DNA from: Flavobacteriales bacterium
GTDB taxonomy: Bacteria; Bacteroidota; Bacteroidia; NS11-12g; UBA955
DNA length: 64,000 nt
Reading direction: 5' to 3'
Assembly: GCA_947463125.1 (NCBI GenBank)
Contig: CANHQZ010000005.1
Span: 2,575-66,574 of the forward strand
The notes below the pieces were generated by a model that was not told the origin of the DNA, ran no database searches, and saw nothing but the letters and a program-made list of their open reading frames with translations. Each line of letters starts with the position of its first letter. Within the stretch, counting starts at the first letter, position 1. The position numbers and the translations under genes were made by a program. This document shows positions 56,250 to 64,000 of the stretch, one piece after another.

Positions 56250-57920
56250 TTATTGAAGCATTCCGCTTACGTTTTCCAAAAATACAGGACCTGATGGACC
56301 TACGGCACGGATATCAGAGAACATCACGAACTCACCGGCACGCATACCACCCAGAATACCTTTGATACCCTGCAAAGAAGAACCAGTTACTGTTGTCTTT
56401 TTGGGGCCTGTTCTACCGATTCCGGTGAAAGTGAAACCTTGTACGGTATACTTCACACCATCGTATACGAAGTTTTCCAGTATCGCTACGGCTGATGACT
56501 GTGCCATAAGTGCTGACAACTGAATCGGTTTATCAAATGAAATGGCACCGGCACGGAACACAGGACGAGGTACGTTTCTGATCTTAAACTTCTTGGAACC
56601 CATGGAAACTACGCGTCCATCGCCCATCTTGGCACTAACACTGATTACAGATTCGTTGCCCTGACGTGCAGGGAAAAGTACCTTGTAACGTCCACCGCCA
56701 ATGTTCTGCAAATTTCCGGCGCTTGCTGAAACAGCAACATTACGGGAATCCACACCGGCTACAGCTACTGAGATGGGGTTTTCGAGACCAACATAGAATA
56801 CGTTAAGTTCGTCCGCAGAAATGGCAGCCATCGGTGGAAAAACGCTGTATTTTGCTTCAGCAGTGAGGTTTTCAATCTTACCGCCAGGACCGGGAACTGC
56901 AATATTCACTTTATAGTTGAATTCACCGGGTGAACCACCAGTCACTTTGTATTTACCGATACCGTCTTTAATCTCAACAGCAGCTCCACCAACAGTAATA
57001 TTCATTTGAGCCTTACTGTTATAGGCAGCCAACATAATATCGGCTTCGTAAGTCTGGTTTTGCATGATTGCACTGTTAGGCGCAGAAATCACAGCAGCCA
57101 GTTTATCAAACTTGAAGTCAGATGCGTTTACAGCTTTCGCTAACACTGCAGTAACTTCAGATTCAAGAGATCTGGCATCATTTACATATTTGCTGATCAG
57201 TGCAAACACACCTGCCAAAGGTGAATGTTCAAGATACATTGAAACCCATTTTTGATCCTTGCCGTCTGAATTTTTACCATTCTCAGCAATGAGGGCCGTT
57301 TTTGCCTTCAAGCTGTTTTTGGCTTCTTCAAGCAATTTTTTGGTTTCACCTTTGTCGTCCTTACCACCCAGGTTTGGATTTTTCACTGCCTTATCAAGCA
57401 AAGCAAGAAGATCTTCTCTTGTTTTGTTAATTTCATCGAAAACAGCATCTCCACGCATCTTCCCTGAGGGTGCATACATCCATGGCTTACCATCCGGCTT
57501 GGCGGGTTTGTTTTCCAGGAGGAAGTAGTTGGAGTGTACTTCCATGTTGTCACCCTGTGAAAGCTCAGCAACACCACCCTTTACCAGCATGGCTTCGGGA
57601 TCAGTTTTGCGTCCGCCCGACAGATCTTCCAGGTCTTTTTTAACACCGTCCATGTTCTTTTCGAACTGGTCGGTTATCTTCTTGGCTTCATTGGCAATTT
57701 CCATTGCCGCTTTCGCACTTGCATTATCCTCTTTACCAATGGCTTTGAGGGTCATTTCATTCTTAGCCTTTATGTTGCTGGTTGAGGTATTCAGCGAATT
57801 CTCAATCAGGTTAAAGGCTTTAATAATTTCTTTCGACACGTTCAACGCCAGCAGAGCGGTCAACACGAGATACATCATGTTGATCATCTTCTGACGTGGT
57901 GTAGTTTTACCACCTGCCAT
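56250..57920 (-). CDS. gldM: Gliding motility / T9SS protein GldM (PorM)
   Basis: N-terminal MAGGKTTPRQKMINMMYLVLTALLALNVSKEI, the highly conserved GldM N-terminus. Confidence 0.9.
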   Translation of the reverse strand: MAGGKTTPRQKMINMMYLVLTALLALNVSKEIIKAFNLIENSLNTSTSNIKAKNEMTLKAIGKEDNASAKAAMEIANEAKKITDQFEKNMDGVKKDLEDLSGGRKTDPEAMLVKGGVAELSQGDNMEVHSNYFLLENKPAKPDGKPWMYAPSGKMRGDAVFDEINKTREDLLALLDKAVKNPNLGGKDDKGETKKLLEEAKNSLKAKTALIAENGKNSDGKDQKWVSMYLEHSPLAGVFALISKYVNDARSLESEVTAVLAKAVNASDFKFDKLAAVISAPNSAIMQNQTYEADIMLAAYNSKAQMNITVGGAAVEIKDGIGKYKVTGGSPGEFNYKVNIAVPGPGGKIENLTAEAKYSVFPPMAAISADELNVFYVGLENPISVAVAGVDSRNVAVSASAGNLQNIGGGRYKVLFPARQGNESVISVSAKMGDGRVVSMGSKKFKIRNVPRPVFRAGAISFDKPIQLSALMAQSSAVAILENFVYDGVKYTVQGFTFTGIGRTGPKKTTVTGSSLQGIKGILGGMRAGEFVMFSDIRAVGPSGPVFLENVSGMLQ

Positions 57921-57968
57921 TTTTAACTCCTGTTTCTATTAGGTTGTTATATTTAGACAAATCGGGGA

Positions 57969-58622
57969 TCAACGACCACCGCCCATGGCGCTCAGCATGT
58001 TACCGTATACGGTATTCAAGCTTGCGAGGTTGCTGTTCAGTTTTGCGATTTCTTCCTTGAATTTCAAGGTTTCATTTTCGCTGGCAGACAAGTTGCTAAC
58101 CAGGTTAGACAAACCACCGCTCAGTGAACCCATAGAGCTGGCTACTTCTGCTGTGCTGTTGCTGATGGCATTCATGTTGCTTGCAGCAGCGGATGCACTT
58201 TCAGCATACTCCTTGGTTGCAACGGCAGCATTGGAGAGGGTTGCCATTTCTTTAACATTGTTGCTTAGGCTCTGCAAACCAGAACCCAGGCTGGAGATAA
58301 CATTGGAATCAACGTTTGCTTCTTTCAGCATGGTATCAAGCTGCTGAGTTACTGAACCTCCTTTTTTCTTGTCGCCTGCAGATTCTGCACCGGCAAGTTC
58401 GGGATAAACCAAAGACCAGTCCGGATCCATGTGAACCGGCTCAAACGATGAAATTACGAAAATGATACACTCAGTACCCATACCCACAATCAGCATAAGG
58501 TCAGCACCTTTCCAGTGCATGATTTTAAACAACGCACCGGCAATTACAATCGCCGCACCCAGGCCATAAACATAGTTCATGAGCACTTTCCACCTTTTGC
58601 TTTCAAAGAAACTTTTTTCCAT
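57969..58622 (-). CDS. gldL: Gliding motility / T9SS motor protein GldL (PorL)
   Basis: Two TM helices with LFKIMHWKGADLMLIVGMGTECIIFVISSFEP. Confidence 0.9.
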   Translation of the reverse strand: MEKSFFESKRWKVLMNYVYGLGAAIVIAGALFKIMHWKGADLMLIVGMGTECIIFVISSFEPVHMDPDWSLVYPELAGAESAGDKKKGGSVTQQLDTMLKEANVDSNVISSLGSGLQSLSNNVKEMATLSNAAVATKEYAESASAAASNMNAISNSTAEVASSMGSLSGGLSNLVSNLSASENETLKFKEEIAKLNSNLASLNTVYGNMLSAMGGGR

Positions 58623-58657
58623 AGTCTTATTGTTTGTTATTTAGTTTAGTTTAAGAG

Positions 58658-59971
58658 TTATTTTTTGTCACGGTTTGAACGTCCGATGTACGTTTGAACA
58701 CAACGGAAGCCCACATAGCACTTGCTTGTATCCTGGTACTCATAGGTGCGGGCACCATTTTCAATGAAGTAAGCCACATCTTTCCAGCTTCCGCCGCGAA
58801 TTACCTTTCTTTTGAGGGTTACGGGCACTTCACTTCCAGGACCTCTTTCAGGAACACGGCGGTAGTTCTGACCATTAAGATCGTGCACAATGGCGTTGTT
58901 GGATACCTGATAATCGGTCCATGTCCATTCAGACACGTTTCCGTTCATGTTATACAGACCGAAATCGTTGGGGAAATAAGAATCTGCACGAACCGGATAT
59001 ACGCCGCCATCAGCACCGTAGTTGCCGCGCAGGGGCTTGAAGTTGGCCATCATACAGCCTTTGCTGTTGCGGGTATAAGGACCACCCCAGGCATATTTAT
59101 TACCAATCCGATTTCCACGGGCTGCATATTCCCATTCATATTCGGTGGGCAGACGGAAATCTTCGGTGTTCGGAAGGCCAATTTCATGCCAGTAGTTGGC
59201 TTTGCGGATAGTTCTCCAGGCGCAGAAAGCGTTTGCCTGATGCCAGTTAACACCGACTACAGGATAATCATCGTATTTCGGGTGCCAGAAGTACACACGT
59301 GCCATTGGCTCGTTGAAGCTATAGGTAAAGTCCCTTACCCAGCACAAAGTATCCGGGTAGATGAGGGTTTCTTCGTCCTTGATGAACTTAGAACGGTCCA
59401 TGGGATTGTACTTGTCACGATCCTGATTAGCCGCACTCACATAATCGAACCACTGGTATTTATACATGAGTTTACGTGTATCAATCTGGGTAAGACCACG
59501 GAAACGCTCATTGCCCTGATAATACATATCAGCCAGGTCTTCTTTGTGTTTTACCCAATCCAATTCTTTGCTGTAGTCGATGTAGCGGTTACCCTCATCG
59601 TCTTCAGGCAAGAAATACTGATCATCATCCAGTTTGTAACGGGCGATGGAATCCAGCACATGTTCAACGAATTGTCTGTATTCGTTGTTGGTGATTTCTG
59701 TTTCGTCCATCCAGAAAGCCACAATGGTCATTTGCTTGTTGGGCTCCAGGTAAGATTGAAACACATCCTGTCCTGACTGACCGGTGTGGAAAGTTCCTGA
59801 CGGGATGTATACGGTTCCGGGAGGCTGGGGATGAAACCACGGCCTTCTGTTGAGCACGCCTGTTAAATCACCCGTATCTGCGGGACCACATGCAAACAGC
59901 ACTACGGATGCCGTAATCATGGCAGCCCGCAATTTGCCGTTTGTTAATGCTTTCACCAGTTTTTTACCCAT
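58658..59971 (-). CDS. gldK: Gliding motility / T9SS lipoprotein GldK (PorK), FGE-sulfatase-like fold
   Basis: Lipobox VVLFACG followed by GDLTGVLNRRPWFHPQPPGTVYIPSGTFHTG. The ORF track extends to 60013, but the ATG at 59971 gives a more normal signal-peptide length. Confidence 0.9.
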   Translation of the reverse strand: MGKKLVKALTNGKLRAAMITASVVLFACGPADTGDLTGVLNRRPWFHPQPPGTVYIPSGTFHTGQSGQDVFQSYLEPNKQMTIVAFWMDETEITNNEYRQFVEHVLDSIARYKLDDDQYFLPEDDEGNRYIDYSKELDWVKHKEDLADMYYQGNERFRGLTQIDTRKLMYKYQWFDYVSAANQDRDKYNPMDRSKFIKDEETLIYPDTLCWVRDFTYSFNEPMARVYFWHPKYDDYPVVGVNWHQANAFCAWRTIRKANYWHEIGLPNTEDFRLPTEYEWEYAARGNRIGNKYAWGGPYTRNSKGCMMANFKPLRGNYGADGGVYPVRADSYFPNDFGLYNMNGNVSEWTWTDYQVSNNAIVHDLNGQNYRRVPERGPGSEVPVTLKRKVIRGGSWKDVAYFIENGARTYEYQDTSKCYVGFRCVQTYIGRSNRDKK

Positions 59972-60050
59972 TTGATTTTCACTGATGATTCTGCTGATTA
60001 TTTTCCTTTTCATCTGGCAGTTTCGTTTTTGTGTATGATACGTGAAGTTG

Positions 60051-60058
60051 CAAAAATA
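60051..60058 (-). promoter_or_regulatory. -7 promoter motif TAttTTTG upstream of gldK
   Basis: The minus strand reads cctaTTTTTGcaac, an exact TAnnTTTG match, in the porP-gldK intergenic region. Confidence 0.45.
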
Positions 60059-60143
60059 GGTTTTTGTAATGAATACGCAACTATTTTTTTTCTTCCGTTA
60101 ATCTATAACGTTTTTTATTTAATTATATTGTACAACTTTAATT

Positions 60144-61262
60144 TTATTCCAAATCTTTAGACCTGTTCATGTATCGCGGGTGGCGATATACTTTTTCAAT
60201 TCTTTCAGGCAAAGCAATTTTGAAACAATAGTTTACTTGAAGTTCGTGTGTTCCGTTGCTGCTGCGACGCAGGCTCTGCAGGGTAATGTCATATGAATAA
60301 CCAATACGGAATAACTGGGTTCCCTGACCGTTGGGCGTATTCCCTTTTATGGGGGGATAATAACCCAGCAATATGGAAGCTGCATCCAGTCCAAAACCTT
60401 GACCTCTTACAGAGAGACCGCCGGCAAATGTATTATTCCAGGTAACCATTCCCTGCGGCGTAAACTGGGGTTTAACAAAACCGCCCTCTTCCATTACGGT
60501 TTTAACCATAATGCTTGGATCCAGCGTAAGTGCAGGGTTTCCGAGGAACTGTTCTTTGGTATATCCGGCCATCAGGTATAGGTGACGGGCTGATTTAACG
60601 AGTATATTACCAGTTGCTCCGAAGTTGTATTCCTTGGGATTGATGTGCGACATGGATAATCCTACGTACAGATCTTTCATATTGGGATTTGAGTACCAAA
60701 CACCGGCACCCAGCTCGGTTTTGGTATCGCCCTGTTTGCTCGTAGGCACCAAAGGATCGTTGGGGTCATGGGCACGCATTTTGGTGCCGTCAATTTGGCG
60801 GGTAATACTGGTTACATCGATTCCCACACGCAGGCTGCTTCCATCGGCCATGTTGTATGCTCCTGCAATACCACCGCGCAGGTAGGTGTTCGATTCATAT
60901 GCTATAACATCATTTACAAAACTTAAAAAAGCACCACCATAGTTGGTTGAGGTGCCTGATCCATTTTTAATGTTGATGGGTGCAGAAAAACCAAATGCAT
61001 TGGTCTTCGGCATGATATTATCAATAAAATTTACGGGCGCTGTTCCTGACTGTGTTTTGAAGTAACCGGTCTCATCTGCCAGCCCCATCCACTGTCTGTG
61101 CGCATTTGCATTCACACAGAAACTGCCTGAAGCACCGGCGTAAGCAGGGTTAAACAATATTTTGTTGAATGCATAATGCGTGTAATAGGGATCCTGTTGT
61201 CCAAAACCCTTGTACGGCAACGCCAGCAAGGCTAGCAGCACTATTGATATTTTATTCCTCAT
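60144..61262 (-). CDS. porP: PorP/SprF family T9SS membrane protein, upstream of gldK
   Basis: Signal peptide MRNKISIVLLALLALPYKGFGQ followed by QDPYYTHYAFNKILFNPAYAG. It occupies the porP position of the porPKLMN arrangement. The ORF track extends to 61292. Confidence 0.8.
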   Translation of the reverse strand: MRNKISIVLLALLALPYKGFGQQDPYYTHYAFNKILFNPAYAGASGSFCVNANAHRQWMGLADETGYFKTQSGTAPVNFIDNIMPKTNAFGFSAPINIKNGSGTSTNYGGAFLSFVNDVIAYESNTYLRGGIAGAYNMADGSSLRVGIDVTSITRQIDGTKMRAHDPNDPLVPTSKQGDTKTELGAGVWYSNPNMKDLYVGLSMSHINPKEYNFGATGNILVKSARHLYLMAGYTKEQFLGNPALTLDPSIMVKTVMEEGGFVKPQFTPQGMVTWNNTFAGGLSVRGQGFGLDAASILLGYYPPIKGNTPNGQGTQLFRIGYSYDITLQSLRRSSNGTHELQVNYCFKIALPERIEKVYRHPRYMNRSKDLE

Positions 61263-61538
61263 GAACACAACACTTGTATCGTTAATCCACAAATTTGGGG
61301 GTTTCTGTATGAATGTGCAAGTTTTTTTGTATTATTTTTAATTTGCTCTGTTTCCTGCTGTTAACAACGTGTTCCATTCAACGAATTTCATCAAAACAAA
61401 CCGAATGAATTTATTTATTTGAAATTCAGTATTTTAAGTGTATTTTTAAAGTATTGATAATGCGTGGATAACAAAACATAAAAACCGCTTGGTGTCCAAT
61501 CTATTTTACATAATCTTGTAGGAAAATTTATACATATT

Positions 61539-62894
61539 ATGCCATCTATATTGGTCATTGATGATGAAGCCGCCATCAGGGAAACATTGAAGGAAATTCT
61601 GGAGTATGAAAAGTACGAGGTAACCCTTGCGGAAGACGGTGCTAAAGGTCTGCAGCTGTTGCAAAAGAACAGCTATGATGTAGTGCTGAGCGATGTTAAA
61701 ATGCCGGGAATTGATGGCATGGAGTTACTTGACCGTGTACAGGCGCTCGCACCGGATGTGCCCATGGTGATGATCTCAGGTCATGGGACCGTGGAAATGG
61801 CGATAGAGGCTACCAAGAAAGGGGCGTATGATTTTATCACCAAGCCACCGGATCTGAACAGGCTGCTAATCACCTTGCGCAATGCCGTAGACAGGAATAA
61901 CCTGGTATCGGAAACCAAGGTTTTGAAGCGCAAAGCTGCCAAAACGTACGATATCATTGGAGAAACGCCTGCTATACTGAAAATCAAGGAAACGATTGAA
62001 AAAGTTGCACCTACCGAAGCACGCGTGTTGATTACGGGAGAAAACGGCACCGGCAAAGAACTGGTAGCCCGCTGGATTCATGAGAAAAGCCCCAGGGCCA
62101 ATATGCCGCTGGTGGAAGTAAACTGCGCCAGCATTCCTTCTGAGCTCATTGAAAGTGAATTGTTCGGACACGAAAAAGGGAGCTTCACCAGTGCCATCAA
62201 ACAGCGCATCGGCAAGTTTGAGCAGGCCCATGGCGGAACCTTGTTTCTGGATGAAATCGGAGACATGAGCATGGCTGCACAGGCCAAAGTTCTCAGAGCC
62301 ATTCAGGAAGGCCGAATTACCCGGGTAGGCGGAGATCGTGAAATCAAAGTGGATGTGAGAATTGTGGCTGCTACTAACAAAAACCTGCTGGAAGAGATTG
62401 AGAAAGGCAATTTCCGCATGGATTTGTACCACCGCCTGTCTGTAATTCTTATCCATGTTCCTACCCTGAATGAGCGCACAGACGACATTCCCACCATCGC
62501 CGGTAATTTTCTCGAGAGCATTTGTGCTGAAAACGGATTGCCTGCCAAGAAATTCACACCCGATGCCATGGAAGCCCTTAAAGAGGTGAACTGGACCGGA
62601 AACATCCGTGAGTTGCACAACGTGGTGGAGAGGCTGGTCATTCTTTGCGGTGATGAAATTACCGGAGAAGATGTGTTTATTTACAGCAATCCTGCGCAGC
62701 GGGGCTCCGATCCGTTTGGCGTGGTTGACAATTACGCTACATTGCAGGACTTCAGGGACTGGGCAGAGAAAATTTTTATTGAGCGCAAGCTGATTCAAAA
62801 TGCCTGGAATGTGGCAAAAACCGCCCAGGAAATTGACATTCAGCGCAGTCACCTCTACAATAAAATCGAGAAGTACAACCTGAAAAGGCGCTGA
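61539..62894 (+). CDS. Sigma-54-dependent response regulator (NtrC family: REC, AAA+ and Fis-type HTH domains)
   Basis: Receiver Asp in VVLSDVKMPGIDG, Walker A GENGTGKE, ESELFGHEKGSFTSA (a variant of GAFTGA), and a C-terminal HTH. Confidence 0.9.
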   Translation: MPSILVIDDEAAIRETLKEILEYEKYEVTLAEDGAKGLQLLQKNSYDVVLSDVKMPGIDGMELLDRVQALAPDVPMVMISGHGTVEMAIEATKKGAYDFITKPPDLNRLLITLRNAVDRNNLVSETKVLKRKAAKTYDIIGETPAILKIKETIEKVAPTEARVLITGENGTGKELVARWIHEKSPRANMPLVEVNCASIPSELIESELFGHEKGSFTSAIKQRIGKFEQAHGGTLFLDEIGDMSMAAQAKVLRAIQEGRITRVGGDREIKVDVRIVAATNKNLLEEIEKGNFRMDLYHRLSVILIHVPTLNERTDDIPTIAGNFLESICAENGLPAKKFTPDAMEALKEVNWTGNIRELHNVVERLVILCGDEITGEDVFIYSNPAQRGSDPFGVVDNYATLQDFRDWAEKIFIERKLIQNAWNVAKTAQEIDIQRSHLYNKIEKYNLKRR

Positions 62895-63841
62895 TGGTAA
62901 AACCCGGCTCCGATATGGAAGCGGCGGTGCATTGCCTGCAAAACGGCGAGCTGATCGGAATTCCAACAGAAACCGTTTACGGGCTGGCTGCAAACGCTCT
63001 CAATGCAGAAGCCGTAGCCAAAATTTTCAGTGCCAAAAACCGTCCGTTTTTTGATCCGCTGATTGTGCATATTCATGACATTTCGGAAGCAAATAAATAT
63101 GTGCAATCCATGCCTGACAAGGCACGAAAACTAGCCGAGGCCTTCTGGCCGGGACCGCTTACACTGGTTTTACCAAAAAAAGAAATCATTCCCGATTTGG
63201 TGACTGCCGGTCATGAAACCGTCGGTATCCGGGTTCCCTCCCACCCTGTTTGCCTTGGGTTGCTCAAGCAGCTTGATTTTCCGCTGGCTGCACCCAGTGC
63301 CAATCCTTTTGGTTATGTGAGTCCGACAACGGCCCAACATGTGGCCGACCAGCTGGGCGACAAAACCTGCTACATTCTTGATGGAGGCGCTTGCCGTGTG
63401 GGCGTGGAAAGCACCATTATAGGATTTCCGCAGGGGGAGCCGGTTGTTTACCGTTTGGGCGGAATCGCGGTAGAGCAGATAACCGCCGTTATTGGGCCGG
63501 TGGCGGAACAAATTTCATCCGGAAGCAACCCATCGGCTCCGGGACAACTGGATGTGCACTACAGTCCGCGATGCAAGGTGATACTGGATTCCGGTCAACC
63601 CATATCCGACACCCCGGAAACGGCCTATCTGCGATATACTGAGCCGCTGAGAGGCATTGAAGCGAAACGCCAGCTGATTCTCAGTTCCGAAAAGAACCTT
63701 GAACAGGCTGCCGTAAATCTTTTCGCTATGCTAAGACAACTAGATCATGCAGGCTACCACTGCATCGTAGCGGAATTAGTGCCTGAAACCGGCCTGGGGC
63801 GAGCCATCAATGATCGTTTGCGCCGGGCTGCAGCCAAATGA
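62894..63841 (+). CDS. tsaC: L-threonylcarbamoyladenylate synthase (Sua5/YwlC type, with a C-terminal Sua5 domain)
   Basis: Contains PTETVYGLAANA, KNRPFFDPLIVH, WPGPLTLVL and SANPFG. Confidence 0.9.
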   Translation: MVKPGSDMEAAVHCLQNGELIGIPTETVYGLAANALNAEAVAKIFSAKNRPFFDPLIVHIHDISEANKYVQSMPDKARKLAEAFWPGPLTLVLPKKEIIPDLVTAGHETVGIRVPSHPVCLGLLKQLDFPLAAPSANPFGYVSPTTAQHVADQLGDKTCYILDGGACRVGVESTIIGFPQGEPVVYRLGGIAVEQITAVIGPVAEQISSGSNPSAPGQLDVHYSPRCKVILDSGQPISDTPETAYLRYTEPLRGIEAKRQLILSSEKNLEQAAVNLFAMLRQLDHAGYHCIVAELVPETGLGRAINDRLRRAAAK

Positions 63842-63842
63842 T

Positions 63843-63998
63843 TTAATCCAGTATAAAATCCAGGGTATTGTTCAGCAATTCAACTGTCTGATCGCAAAGC
63901 GCTGCAGGAGCGGGATGCGGGGTATTGAACGTGTGATCGGCATTTTCCATTTTCACGAGGAATGCATGCCAGCATTCATCATACAATTTTTCGGAATG
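63843..63998 (-). CDS. C-terminal fragment of a probable alpha/beta hydrolase; the N-terminus lies beyond the window
   Basis: My translation gives HSEKLYDECWHAFLVKMENADHTFNTPHPAP...LDFILD* ending at the TAA (63843-63845). The G/N-A-D-H-x-F pattern is typical of the catalytic-His region of dienelactone-hydrolase-like enzymes. Confidence 0.35.
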   Translation of the reverse strand, partial: HSEKLYDECWHAFLVKMENADHTFNTPHPAPAALCDQTVELLNNTLDFILD

Positions 63999-64000
63999 TA

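Noticed and set aside
58694-59776. 360-aa plus-strand ORF antisense to gldK
   Set aside because: It is a shadow ORF inside a strongly supported gene. Its translation is low-complexity and hydrophobic with no recognisable motifs. The same reasoning applies to 61866-62993(-) antisense to the NtrC-like gene, 43118-43756(-) antisense to prfB, 31006-31647(+), 6161-6682(+) and 32385-32837(+).
1-64000. Search for CRISPR arrays, transposases, integrases, prophage genes, toxin-antitoxin pairs or known defence-system genes
   Set aside because: None were recognised by eye on either strand. The window reads as core chromosome plus envelope-related operons.

Overview
This 64 kb window is a gene-dense chromosomal segment, about 47% GC by eye, from a gliding, T9SS-bearing member of the Bacteroidota. 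The evidence for that placement is gldJ, gldKLMN, porU/porV, two PorP/SprF genes and repeated TAnnTTTG -7 promoter motifs. I found no transposases, integrases, CRISPR arrays or phage genes. Housekeeping content includes gatB, rplS, prfB (with its programmed +1 frameshift), rnhB, guaA, yceD-rpmF-plsX-fabH, tsaC/sua5, RNase P RNA, tRNA-Gly and tRNA-Lys. Envelope and transport content includes three tandem POT peptide transporters, an RND efflux operon, and GT2 and ArnT-like glycosyltransferases. Three regions deserve a second look. (1) A tightly coupled Dlt/Pat-like surface acylation operon fused to gatB (15786-22747): an amino-acid adenylating enzyme, a GNAT, a carrier protein, two SGNH proteins (one with two LysM domains) and an MBOAT. 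(2) An uncharacterised minus-strand operon (29883-35596) with a 712-aa secreted protein, a thioredoxin-like protein, a cytochrome c fused to a PHM-like copper monooxygenase domain, and a GNAT-like protein. (3) A B12-dependent CarH/LitR-type light sensor placed head-to-head with an SDR-photolyase operon. All functional calls come from motif recognition by eye. No database search was run.
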